A stretch of 64,000 bases of DNA from an uncultured Gammaproteobacteria bacterium (GTDB taxonomy: Bacteria; Patescibacteriota; Microgenomatia; Daviesbacterales; UBA10151): contig CAYMRP010000004.1 in the NCBI GenBank assembly GCA_964392925.1, positions 7,184 through 71,183 of the forward strand, read 5' to 3'. The notes under the pieces were generated by a model. That model had not been told where the DNA came from and made no database searches. It was given only the letters and a program-made list of their open reading frames with translations. The position numbers and the translations under genes were made by a program. This document shows positions 55,961 through 64,000 of the stretch, in pieces; position 1 is the stretch's first letter, and each line of letters starts with the position of its first letter.

Positions 55961-57709
55961 TTATCCGAAAGTAAAAGCATAAGCCTCCGTATTCGCATCT
56001 AAAAACTCCAACTTCAAAATATGCTTACCAGGCTCCTGTAACCTAATTAGTTTATAAAGCGAATCTGAATCAACTATAACTTCATTATTAATAACACTTT
56101 CCCCAGCAGCCCCTGTTTCTGAAACTAACTTATTATCCAGATAAACTCTTACTTTCCCCGGCGTAACCCCGTCCCGAGGTCTCATAACTAAATAAACCTC
56201 TTTCGATTCAAAGTTCAAAATTAATGACGACCCTTTCGCTGGACTGGAATATTCCTCCATCACATCCCATCCTCCGGTAAATGCAAACTCATTATCAGGA
56301 ATATCATTAGGCGCAGAGTACAAAGCGCTTCCATTCTCAACGACTTTTTCCGGAGAAACTAAATGCTCCATCCTCGCGTAGCCTAAATAGAGCTCCGGAG
56401 TTCTGGCATAATTTTGATACTCTGGGTTTGAAACTTCTGTCGGCAAATCTTTAGCCCCTGCTTCTGCTAGCAATTCCTGAATAACTCTCTCTGACTCATC
56501 GTACTCGCCTTCCCCAAAATGCGTATATCTAATTTTTCCATCTTTATCTATAAAATATTTAGCCGGCCAATATCTATTGTTATACGCTCTCCAGGTCGAG
56601 AAATCATTATCCTGAACTACCGGATAAGTTATCCCAAAATCTTTTAAAGCCTTTTCAACATTTTTAGCATTTTTCTCAAATTCAAACTCCGGAGAATGAA
56701 CTCCAATAATAACTAAACCCTTATCAGCATATTTCTGATGCCAGGATTTCAGGTAGGGGAAAGTCCTTTGGCAATTTATACAAGAATATGTCCAAAAATC
56801 AACCAAAACCACTTTACCTTTAAGATCCGCCAATGTCAGGGGAGGGGAATTAAACCATTCTCCCCCAGGAAAAATTTCAGGGGCGAGAGGTCCGCTTTTA
56901 TCCGAATTTACATCAAACATCGCTTTACCCATTTCCTCACTTCCAACAGGAGTTCCTGAGAATCGATCCAAAGCATCGCGTATTAATGGAACATCTTCGA
57001 ATTTCGTTAATCCCGTTCCGTAACTAGGAAAAGTATTCAAAATAAATGTCTGGAATTTGCGATCTAAATTAAAAAATATTGCTAAGGCTGTAAGTATCAT
57101 TAAAACTCCGAAAACTTTTTGAATAGCCCCAGAATTTTGTAATAACCACGGTGCTTTTCTTAAAGCAGTTTGTCCAGCAATCATAATAAAAAACATCGGA
57201 ATCGCCGTCCCCAGCGCATAAGCCAAAGTAATAAAAACCGCCTCAATATTCACAGATCCTGTAATCGCCAAAGATATTACTGAAGCCAGTATTGGTCCAA
57301 CACAAGGTGTCCATAAAAGTCCGAGTGAAAGTCCAATTAAAATCCCTCCTCCAAATCCAGTTTTACCCTGTGACTGTGGTAAGAATTGCGATAATTTTGA
57401 AAATAAAATCTCAGTCCAATATTGAAACTTGGGAATAAGCATCGTCACCCCAAAAAGTCCAATTACAATAACTGAAAAAACTCTTAAAGATTCAGCTGGT
57501 ATTCCTATTAATTTCACAATCGAAGAAAGGAAAAGTGTAAAAAAAGTAAAACTCAAAATAAAACCTGTGATAACTCCGAATGGTCTCATCTTTCCAATAT
57601 TCTGATCACCAATTGAAGAGGATAAAATAATCGGCAGCACCGGCAAAATACATGGAGAAAGAATAGTCACCACTCCCGCCAGAAATGCAAAAATAATCAG
57701 TAGAATCAT
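55961..57709 (-). CDS. Cytochrome c biogenesis CcdA/DsbD-like membrane domain fused to TlpA-like thioredoxin domain plus C-terminal extension
   Basis: TM-domain cysteines SPCILP and WTPCVGP. Periplasmic thioredoxin WTYSCINCQ. About 170 aa extra C-terminal region. Confidence 0.8.
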   Translation of the reverse strand: MILLIIFAFLAGVVTILSPCILPVLPIILSSSIGDQNIGKMRPFGVITGFILSFTFFTLFLSSIVKLIGIPAESLRVFSVIVIGLFGVTMLIPKFQYWTEILFSKLSQFLPQSQGKTGFGGGILIGLSLGLLWTPCVGPILASVISLAITGSVNIEAVFITLAYALGTAIPMFFIMIAGQTALRKAPWLLQNSGAIQKVFGVLMILTALAIFFNLDRKFQTFILNTFPSYGTGLTKFEDVPLIRDALDRFSGTPVGSEEMGKAMFDVNSDKSGPLAPEIFPGGEWFNSPPLTLADLKGKVVLVDFWTYSCINCQRTFPYLKSWHQKYADKGLVIIGVHSPEFEFEKNAKNVEKALKDFGITYPVVQDNDFSTWRAYNNRYWPAKYFIDKDGKIRYTHFGEGEYDESERVIQELLAEAGAKDLPTEVSNPEYQNYARTPELYLGYARMEHLVSPEKVVENGSALYSAPNDIPDNEFAFTGGWDVMEEYSSPAKGSSLILNFESKEVYLVMRPRDGVTPGKVRVYLDNKLVSETGAAGESVINNEVIVDSDSLYKLIRLQEPGKHILKLEFLDANTEAYAFTFG

Positions 57710-58203
57710 TTAATAGACGAAATTAATTTATCAAGTCCTCCGCCATTCCATTTTGTTATTTCATTCCCATCCTTATCAATTTGAACGAAAGTATGCTGGT
57801 AAGTCACTCCATATTTCTGAGCTAAAGCCTTTTCGGCCTCATCGGTTTCTGAATCATTATAATTAACCCTGTATATCTCTATTCCAGCCGGAATTTTTTG
57901 TACATTTTGTTTAAACTCTGCATCAACTGGTCTACAAGTCGGACACCAATCAGCATAAAAAAATAGAACTGTTTTCTCACTCGTAGAATTTTTGTATGCA
58001 TCAGCTCCCCAACCGGTAATATAATTACCACCAAGGTTAGGCGAAGTCTGACTTACAGTATCAGAGCTAGTAGTTGCTGTATTTCCTTGAGTTAAAGATT
58101 CTTGCTGAACTAAAGATGAAGAGTTTGAGGTTTGGTTTAAATAAATAACAACTCCCGCAGAAACTAAAAGAATAACCAATAATCCAACAACCCACATCTT
58201 CAT
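57706..58203 (-). CDS. Membrane-anchored thioredoxin-like protein (TlpA/ResA family)
   Basis: Signal anchor and the WCPTC active site. Overlaps the upstream gene by 4 nt. Confidence 0.8.
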   Translation of the reverse strand: MKMWVVGLLVILLVSAGVVIYLNQTSNSSSLVQQESLTQGNTATTSSDTVSQTSPNLGGNYITGWGADAYKNSTSEKTVLFFYADWCPTCRPVDAEFKQNVQKIPAGIEIYRVNYNDSETDEAEKALAQKYGVTYQHTFVQIDKDGNEITKWNGGGLDKLISSIK

Positions 58204-58236
58204 ATATATCTGATTCTACTATATAATCTCAGCATA

Positions 58237-59445
58237 ATGTCAGCTCAAGTATCCCAGCGACTTACTTCTCTTCCAGTCTCCGCCACCCGCAAACTAACGC
58301 CTTTTGCTCTGGAAGCCAAAAAATCAGGAGTTAAGGTGCTGCATCTTAATACAGGAGATCCAGACATCAAAACCCCAGAAGTCATGATTAATGCTTTAAG
58401 AAATTGGAGTATAAATCCCATACGTTATGCTCAAAGCTCAGGTGAACCACATTTTATTAAAGCTCTTTTGTCTTATTATTCGAAAATTGGTTTCCCTGAA
58501 ATTTCAGAAACAGAGATTATTGCCACAGTCGGCGGATCAGAAGCGGTCAATTTATCATTTTATTCAGTTGCTTCCCCAGGTGAAGAAATTTTAACTTTCG
58601 AGCCTTTTTATTCTAACTATGCATCGGTTGCGCATTTCATGGGAGGATTAAAAATTGTTACAGTTCCAGCAGGGAAGGAAACAAACTACCATCTTCCAAG
58701 TAGGGAAGTCATTGAATCCAAAATTAGCAAGAAGACTCGCGCAATCTTGTATTGTTCTCCTGGTAATCCAACCGGCGCAGTTTTTAGTAAAAAAGAAGTT
58801 GAACTTCTCGTTTCAATTGCCAAAGACCATAACTTATTTTTAATTTCAGATGAAGTCTACCGAGAATACATTTTTGAAGGCGAACATACCTCACTTTTAT
58901 CCTATATGGACGAAATTCCAGATAATGCCATTCTTCTTGATTCTCTTTCCAAGCGTTACAGTCTATGTGGAGCCAGACTTGGAGTAATAATTTCTAAAAA
59001 TACTGAATTGATAAAAGGCATAACCAAACTTACTCAAGTTAGACTTTCTGGAGGGTTAATCGACCAAGAAATGGCTTCCCACTTAACCGAAGTTCCAGAT
59101 TCATATATAGAAGATGTTAAAACCGAATATAAAAAACGCCGCGATGTTTTATATGAAGGATTAACAGCTATCAATGGTGTAGAAATGTCAATTCCAGAAG
59201 GCGCTTTTTATTCAATGATTACCCTTCCTGTTGAAAATGCCGAAGACTTCTCGATCTTTTTGCTTAATAAATTTAGAGTCAATAACGAAACAGTTATGCT
59301 TGCCCCGGGCGCGGGATTCTATGCAACAGAAGGTCTCGGCAAAAACCAAGTCCGAATAGCCTATATTTTAAACACCGAAGATTTAAAAAGAGCAATTAAC
59401 ATAATTCAAAAAGGTCTGGCAGAATACAAAAGAGAAAGTAGTTGA
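58237..59445 (+). CDS. Class I/II (fold type I) aminotransferase, aspartate/aromatic aminotransferase-like
   Basis: 402 aa. NPTG motif (CSPGNPTGAV) and conserved PLP-lysine region SLSKRYSLCGARLG. Confidence 0.8.
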   Translation: MSAQVSQRLTSLPVSATRKLTPFALEAKKSGVKVLHLNTGDPDIKTPEVMINALRNWSINPIRYAQSSGEPHFIKALLSYYSKIGFPEISETEIIATVGGSEAVNLSFYSVASPGEEILTFEPFYSNYASVAHFMGGLKIVTVPAGKETNYHLPSREVIESKISKKTRAILYCSPGNPTGAVFSKKEVELLVSIAKDHNLFLISDEVYREYIFEGEHTSLLSYMDEIPDNAILLDSLSKRYSLCGARLGVIISKNTELIKGITKLTQVRLSGGLIDQEMASHLTEVPDSYIEDVKTEYKKRRDVLYEGLTAINGVEMSIPEGAFYSMITLPVENAEDFSIFLLNKFRVNNETVMLAPGAGFYATEGLGKNQVRIAYILNTEDLKRAINIIQKGLAEYKRESS

Positions 59446-59705
59446 CTCCTTTAAAAACTTTTGTTATAAATACTTTCACAAAGCGTTATACCCAAGTTGC
59501 GATTGGGGAGCTGAAGGTAAAAATACCTTACGGTCTAAACTTAAGCCGTTTAAATTAAGAAATCAGTGTCATCTAAAAAAGAAGGAGCTGATTGTAAGTC
59601 TAAGACAGTAATGTTTTAGAGTAACAAGGTGGAACCGCCGACAAGGCCCTTGTTTGTTTATTAGTTATCTAATAAATGAGCAAGGGCTTTTTTTGTGGAG
59701 AAAAT
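59446..59705 (+). promoter_or_regulatory. 260-nt untranslated leader ending in a compound terminator hairpin 12 nt before the next start codon (candidate cis-regulatory RNA)
   Basis: GCCCTTG...TTTATTAG-TTAT-CTAATAAA...CAAGGGC plus UUUUUUU at 59646..59694, preceded by AAGGTGGAACCGCCG (T-box-like 14-mer). The SD GGAG for the next ORF lies 3' of the U-run. Confidence 0.35.
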
Positions 59706-59999
59706 ATGACAGATAGAGAAAATGGGAGAGATTCAGAAAATAGAAAAATAATTCAAAATAGAGTTTTTGAGGCTATAGTAGGCCTTGGCGGCGGTGTCAG
59801 AGTCTCAAGGTTCGACGCAGACTATCTGCAGTCGCTAAAAAATGCTAGATCATTTCCAAGTTCTGCTGTACTCCGTCAATCGATAAGGGTTGATTTAAAT
59901 TTTGCAGAAAGAACAGGCTTAGAACTTAATCCGGATCTAACTCAAGTAGCAAAAGAATTACTAAATCAAAAGAAAGGAGGTGGTGATGATGGCAGTTAA
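59706..59999 (+). CDS. Hypothetical small protein (97 aa; start moved to the Met with an SD)
   Basis: GTGGAGAAAAT-ATG context. Local GC is higher than the surroundings. No motifs recognised. Confidence 0.45.
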   Translation: MTDRENGRDSENRKIIQNRVFEAIVGLGGGVRVSRFDADYLQSLKNARSFPSSAVLRQSIRVDLNFAERTGLELNPDLTQVAKELLNQKKGGGDDGS

Positions 60000-60294
60000 T
60001 AGTAATGAGAGATCGAGTAGTGTTTCTTGGCAGACTAACAGCTCAGAAACATCTATGCGTTTAGGACTCGCAGTATTAAGCAATCCTGGTGATAGGCGGG
60101 CTATTACTAATATATTAGAAAATTCTCGACTTCCTGAGTTGGGTTTTTATGCAAAAACACTGGTAGTGAGTGGTGCATCTTTTGCAGAAAAGTCATTAGG
60201 ATGGGCATTAGATCATGCTAAAAGAAGTGATATACCCGTTGACCCTCAGCTTGCAGCTCAGGTAGAAGCAAGATTAAGAAGAAATGGAATATAA
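59989..60294 (+). CDS. Hypothetical small protein (101 aa), overlapping the upstream ORF by 11 nt
   Basis: AAAGGAGGTG SD 8 nt before the ATG at 59989. The track's alternative GTG start is at 59980. No motifs recognised. Confidence 0.45.
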   Translation: MAVNSNERSSSVSWQTNSSETSMRLGLAVLSNPGDRRAITNILENSRLPELGFYAKTLVVSGASFAEKSLGWALDHAKRSDIPVDPQLAAQVEARLRRNGI

Positions 60295-60296
60295 GT

Positions 60297-61760
60297 TTAT
60301 TGGGAGGTTAGGTTAAAATCACTAGCCTCCCTGTCTTGCTCCAATAATGAAGGTGGAAAAATCTTTATCTTATTAAATTGTTCCTTATACATAAATCTCC
60401 TTAAAATCTTATACACATCATAATCAAACTCCAAATCCTCCAAACTTCTATCATCCCCCTCCTGTTTTTGAACAATGCACCAATTATGAATCAAAAAATG
60501 CTCTTCCTTACCCTCTAGCGGATCAACTTCCTTAATAATAATTGGTCCCTGATGCGGCCAGTCTTTAATCTTAGTTTTCAAAAACGCCTCAATAAATCGT
60601 AAGTTATATTTCATCGGCATTTCATTTCCCGCACAAATACCCTTACATCTTCCAAGCTGGTAATTAAAACAAGGTCCTTTTGTTTTCTGAAGTCCTAAAA
60701 ATTTATCACATAAGTTGTGCTCTTTAGCCAGATTAGTGAGGGTTTCTTTAGCCTGTCTTTTCGTTTTAAATACCGCCATAACATCTCCTAAATTATTAAT
60801 ATCCGGTGCATCAGTCTCAATAATCTCTATCGTATAAACCCCACCTGTCCCGCAAAGCTTCAGCGAAGTGGGGTCAGCCTCTTTCTTAACCGCCATCACC
60901 ATCTTCTCTCTGTATCTCAGCCTTCTATTATATAGAGGCATTAATTTCTTAATCGTTTCTGACTCTTTTAATAAAGCCCCTAACTCTCCGGCAGTTTTTA
61001 TAAATTCCATACTCTCAATCGTGTTATAAATCTTCATTTCAGAAGAGTCTCCAGTACTTAACGAGAAATGAGACATAACTCGATCGCGGATATTCTTAGA
61101 TTTTCCTACATAAAGCGGCTGGCCGTTCTCTCCATAAAAAATATAAACTCCTGCGGTTTCTGGTATTTCTGCATAATTAAAATTCTTAATTTTAGGCGGA
61201 ATATTAGGCTTCTTTAATATATGCGAAATAACCTGAGTCACCTTTTCTATTGGAAAAGCAGTTTGAATTTTCTGATAAAACTCCCAAAGAATTTTGGCAT
61301 CTGAAAATGCTCTGTGTCTATTTTCTATCTCGAACTGAAATCTCTCAATAATACTGTCGAGATTATGATGACGGTGCTCAGGGTAGAGTAGTCTGGACAA
61401 TTTCACTGTGCAAAGCTGCTTCGGTGCAAATCGCTCGCCAAATCTCAGATATTCCTGTTTTAAAAATCCGTAATCAAACCTGGCGTTGTGAGCCACCAAA
61501 ACCGTATCCTCAAAATAACCAGCCAGCTCATCTTTAATATCAAAAAATGACGGTGCTTTCTCAAGATCCGCCGGAGAGATGCCTGTTAAATTGGTTATCT
61601 CGGTCGGCAAAGGCCGGTCCGGATTTAAAAAGGTCTGAAAAGTTTTCTCAAGCTTATTATCTCTAACCTGGAGAATTCCTACCTCGATAATCCGGTCAAA
61701 AGTAATTGATCCTCCGGTAGTTTCAAGGTCGACAAATGTTAGATTTCTAGGCAGATTCAT
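60297..61760 (-). CDS. DnaQ-like 3'-5' exonuclease (DEDDh) fused to C-terminal GIY-YIG nuclease domain (Cho/UvrC-N-like)
   Basis: Exo I FVDLETTG, Exo II VAHNARFDYGFL, Exo III HRAFSDAKIL. The GIY-YIG domain has GVYIFYGENGQPLYVGKSKNIRDR. Confidence 0.8.
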   Translation of the reverse strand: MNLPRNLTFVDLETTGGSITFDRIIEVGILQVRDNKLEKTFQTFLNPDRPLPTEITNLTGISPADLEKAPSFFDIKDELAGYFEDTVLVAHNARFDYGFLKQEYLRFGERFAPKQLCTVKLSRLLYPEHRHHNLDSIIERFQFEIENRHRAFSDAKILWEFYQKIQTAFPIEKVTQVISHILKKPNIPPKIKNFNYAEIPETAGVYIFYGENGQPLYVGKSKNIRDRVMSHFSLSTGDSSEMKIYNTIESMEFIKTAGELGALLKESETIKKLMPLYNRRLRYREKMVMAVKKEADPTSLKLCGTGGVYTIEIIETDAPDINNLGDVMAVFKTKRQAKETLTNLAKEHNLCDKFLGLQKTKGPCFNYQLGRCKGICAGNEMPMKYNLRFIEAFLKTKIKDWPHQGPIIIKEVDPLEGKEEHFLIHNWCIVQKQEGDDRSLEDLEFDYDVYKILRRFMYKEQFNKIKIFPPSLLEQDREASDFNLTSQ

Positions 61761-61871
61761 ATAAAATCATCATCAATAAGTGGCACACTTAGTATCTGAA
61801 AGGGTGGCAGTTATCAGACGTAAAGAACCCAAATACTAGTTTGTTTGGTAAAATATTTCAAGTAACCTCTT

Positions 61872-62195
61872 ATGGCTAAGTTCGTCAAAATTATTGTTTT
61901 TGTACCGGTCAAAGATGCAGGTAAAATCAGAAAAGTTCTTGCTGATAATGGAGCTGGGAAATTAGGTGATTATTCCAGAACCTCCTTTTCATTTAAAGGT
62001 AAAGGTCGTTTTAAGCCCGAAAAAGGAGCCCACCCTTCAGTAGGCGAAGTAGGTAAATCAGAAGTGACAAGCGAAGAGAGAATTGAAGTTATCGCCCCTA
62101 GTAAGAAGTATTTAGAAATTGTGGAAAAAGTTAAACAAGCCCATCCCTACGAAGAACCCGCCATTGAAGTTTATGAGCTGCTTTATCCTAGTTAA
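61872..62195 (+). CDS. Small PII/CutA-like fold protein resembling the Nif3 (YqfO) insert domain
   Basis: 107 aa. GDYSRTSFSFKGKGRFKPEKGAHPSVG...HPYEEPAIEVYEL parallels the Nif3 central-domain and CutA HPYE(V/E)P motifs. Confidence 0.45.
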   Translation: MAKFVKIIVFVPVKDAGKIRKVLADNGAGKLGDYSRTSFSFKGKGRFKPEKGAHPSVGEVGKSEVTSEERIEVIAPSKKYLEIVEKVKQAHPYEEPAIEVYELLYPS

Positions 62196-62244
62196 AAAGG
62201 ACTTAAGGTTGATTTTTTAGCCTCCAGAAGCTATTGTATAACCA

Positions 62245-62748
62245 ATGAAAGTCTATCTCGCAACCGATCACGCTGGTTTTGAAATTAAAAATAAAGTCGC
62301 AGAACTTCTAAAAAAAGAAGGATATGATGTTGAGGATTGCGGGCCTGAAGCTTATGACAAAGATGACGATTATCCTGATTTTATTTCTAAAGCCGCTAAA
62401 AAGGTTTCCGAAAATCCTGATGAATTCGGGATAGTTTTCGGAGGCTCCGGTCAAGGTGAAGCAATCGTTGCTAACAAATTTGATAACGTCAGATGTGCTT
62501 TGTTCTATGGTCCGGTTATCCCTCCAATCGCCACTGACATAACCGGCAAAACAAGTGATGATCCTTATGAAATGCTCCGCCTGACTCGTGAACACAACAA
62601 TTCTAATATGTTGTCTATCGGTGTCAGATTTATGACCGAAGCAGATACCATGAATGCTATTAAATTATTCTTATCCTCAAAATACTCAGGAGAAGAACGC
62701 CACGCCAGACGAATTGATAAAATAAAAAAACTGGAAGAAAGTATTTAA
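62245..62748 (+). CDS. rpiB: Ribose-5-phosphate isomerase B (RpiB/LacAB family)
   Basis: MKVYLATDHAGFEIKNKV N-terminus, GSGQGEAIVANK. The unusual C-terminal tail is longer than typical RpiB. Confidence 0.8.
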   Translation: MKVYLATDHAGFEIKNKVAELLKKEGYDVEDCGPEAYDKDDDYPDFISKAAKKVSENPDEFGIVFGGSGQGEAIVANKFDNVRCALFYGPVIPPIATDITGKTSDDPYEMLRLTREHNNSNMLSIGVRFMTEADTMNAIKLFLSSKYSGEERHARRIDKIKKLEESI

Positions 62749-62810
62749 AAGATACTGTATTTTCTCGTTTCACTCGAAAGATAATTGTAGATAAGTATTT
62801 TTCGAACGGA

Positions 62811-63479
62811 GTGAGGAAATACCTAATAATAAACATGATCCAAATCGTTCCCGCCATTTTAGATAAAACACCCGAAGAATTTAGTGATCACGTCGATCAG
62901 CTAAAAAATTCTCTTGGTTTCCAGGAAGGTTGGGTGCATATCGATTTTGCTGATGGTAAGTTCGTTGAGAACAAAACTCTGGATCCCGAATCAATAAAGA
63001 AATATCCGCTCAATCTAAAGAAAGAAGCCCATCTTATGGTCGCCCGCCCTTTATCATGGATAACTAAATTAAAAGAGGCCGGATTCGATAGAGTTATCTT
63101 TCACTTTGAATCAGAAGATAGTGTTAGCGAAGTCATAAAAACGATCAAAAACGCTGATATGGAAGTTGGTATTGCTGTAAACCCCGATACTAAAATTGAC
63201 GAACTCGAATCAATAAAAAATCGAGTTGATCAGATCTTAGTTATGGGTATAGTTCCAGGATTCCAAGGGCAGCCGTTTATTCCTGCCACAATCGATAAAA
63301 TTAAAGATTTAAAATCAAAAAACTGGCCAATTAAAATCTCAACCGACGGGGCTGTTAGAGATGATAACGCTAAAGGCCTCGTTGATGCCGGCGTTGATCA
63401 GCTGGTATCAGGCTCATTTTTACTAAAAGGTGATATTGATGAACAAGTTGAAAAACTCTGGGAAGCTATAAATACATAA
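62811..63479 (+). CDS. rpe: Ribulose-phosphate 3-epimerase
   Basis: PAILDKT...HIDFADGKFV and VMGIVPGFQGQ signatures. Confidence 0.85.
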   Translation: MRKYLIINMIQIVPAILDKTPEEFSDHVDQLKNSLGFQEGWVHIDFADGKFVENKTLDPESIKKYPLNLKKEAHLMVARPLSWITKLKEAGFDRVIFHFESEDSVSEVIKTIKNADMEVGIAVNPDTKIDELESIKNRVDQILVMGIVPGFQGQPFIPATIDKIKDLKSKNWPIKISTDGAVRDDNAKGLVDAGVDQLVSGSFLLKGDIDEQVEKLWEAINT

Positions 63480-64000
63480 ATGCTAAAATTTCTAAGCCGC
63501 AAAAAACCAAAATCCCGCGAAAAAGCCAAGCACATCCAAAATGTTGCCATATTTGGTTACGCTAATCTTGGGAATAAAGAAAATCTTTTCCAGGAAGTCT
63601 TCCAGGTTTCTAAAAATTTAGCTCAAGCAGGCTATACAGTTGTTGATGGCGGAGGTCCAGGCGTTATGTTAGCCGCTTCTCTCGGCGCTAAAGAGGGCGG
63701 GGGAAAGGTAGTCGGCGTGACACTTTATCCTAAAGACATGAAAAACTTTGAAGGTAAGGATCCGGCAAATCTTTTAGATAAGGAAATTAAAACCTCAACA
63801 TATGTCGAAAGAACACTGACTTTAATGAAGCAGGGCCAGGTTTATGTCATATTCAAGGGCGGCACAGGAACAGTCTCAGAATTCGGCATGGCTTGGGGTC
63901 TAGCTAGATTATACTTCGGTCATCACAAACCTCTAATTCTCTATGGAAAATTCTGGCATAAAATAATGAAAGCCTTTAAGGAGAATATGTTTGTCAGGTC
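63480..64000 (+). CDS. LOG-family (TIGR00730) Rossmann-fold protein, 3' end outside the window
   Basis: VVDGGGPGVMLAAS and GGTGTVSEF motifs of the LOG/lysine-decarboxylase-like family. Confidence 0.7.
   Translation, partial: MLKFLSRKKPKSREKAKHIQNVAIFGYANLGNKENLFQEVFQVSKNLAQAGYTVVDGGGPGVMLAASLGAKEGGGKVVGVTLYPKDMKNFEGKDPANLLDKEIKTSTYVERTLTLMKQGQVYVIFKGGTGTVSEFGMAWGLARLYFGHHKPLILYGKFWHKIMKAFKENMFVR

Noticed and set aside
59600-59660. T-box riboswitch or 16S 3'-end-like sequence (GTAACAAGGTGGAACCGCCG)
   Set aside because: Only the 14-mer resembles the T-box consensus. No convincing stem I or specifier loop was found by eye, and the downstream genes are not aminoacyl-tRNA or amino-acid genes. 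It is kept only as a low-confidence regulatory-leader feature.
1-64000. Mobile elements or prophage (transposase, integrase, restriction-modification, toxin domains)
   Set aside because: No transposase, recombinase or phage structural motifs were found in any long ORF. Only the tRNA-adjacent duplication hints at past integration.

Overview
Low-GC (~35-40%), gene-dense bacterial chromosomal window. The content looks like a reduced, Patescibacteria/CPR-like genome: a reduced RNase P RNA, an archaeal-type AspRS, and many PMT-like GT-C membrane glycosyltransferases. The phylum assignment is inference only. Housekeeping blocks: recA (5'-truncated)-X-recX-rny-hup, miaA, comM, secD/secF, cca, recJ, gltX, aspS, rpiB-rpe. 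There is a complete nine-gene aromatic (shikimate plus Phe/Tyr branch) operon. A minus-strand envelope block carries a MacAB-like exporter, a Spy/CpxP-like protein, a two-component system, CcdA-thioredoxin and thioredoxin. Accessory genes include a sulfatase-FN3-dockerin protein, a lamin-tail-domain protein with an SPSASA repeat, a PQQ-dependent dehydrogenase, DUF333, DUF1622 and a CtlX-like protein, plus several orphan proteins. RNA genes: rnpB (minus strand; the six-frame track misreads it as three overlapping ORFs) and one tRNA-Gln(CTG) with an unusual upstream 17-nt duplicate of its 5' end. No transposase, integrase, CRISPR or restriction-modification genes were seen. No clear-cut novel system stands out. 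The candidates most worth follow-up are: a structured leader with a terminator ahead of two overlapping small ORFs of higher GC, which converge on a DnaQ-exonuclease/GIY-YIG nuclease; two orphan proteins downstream of the MacAB-like exporter; a secD/secF split by two inserted genes; and terminator hairpins sitting immediately in front of start codons.
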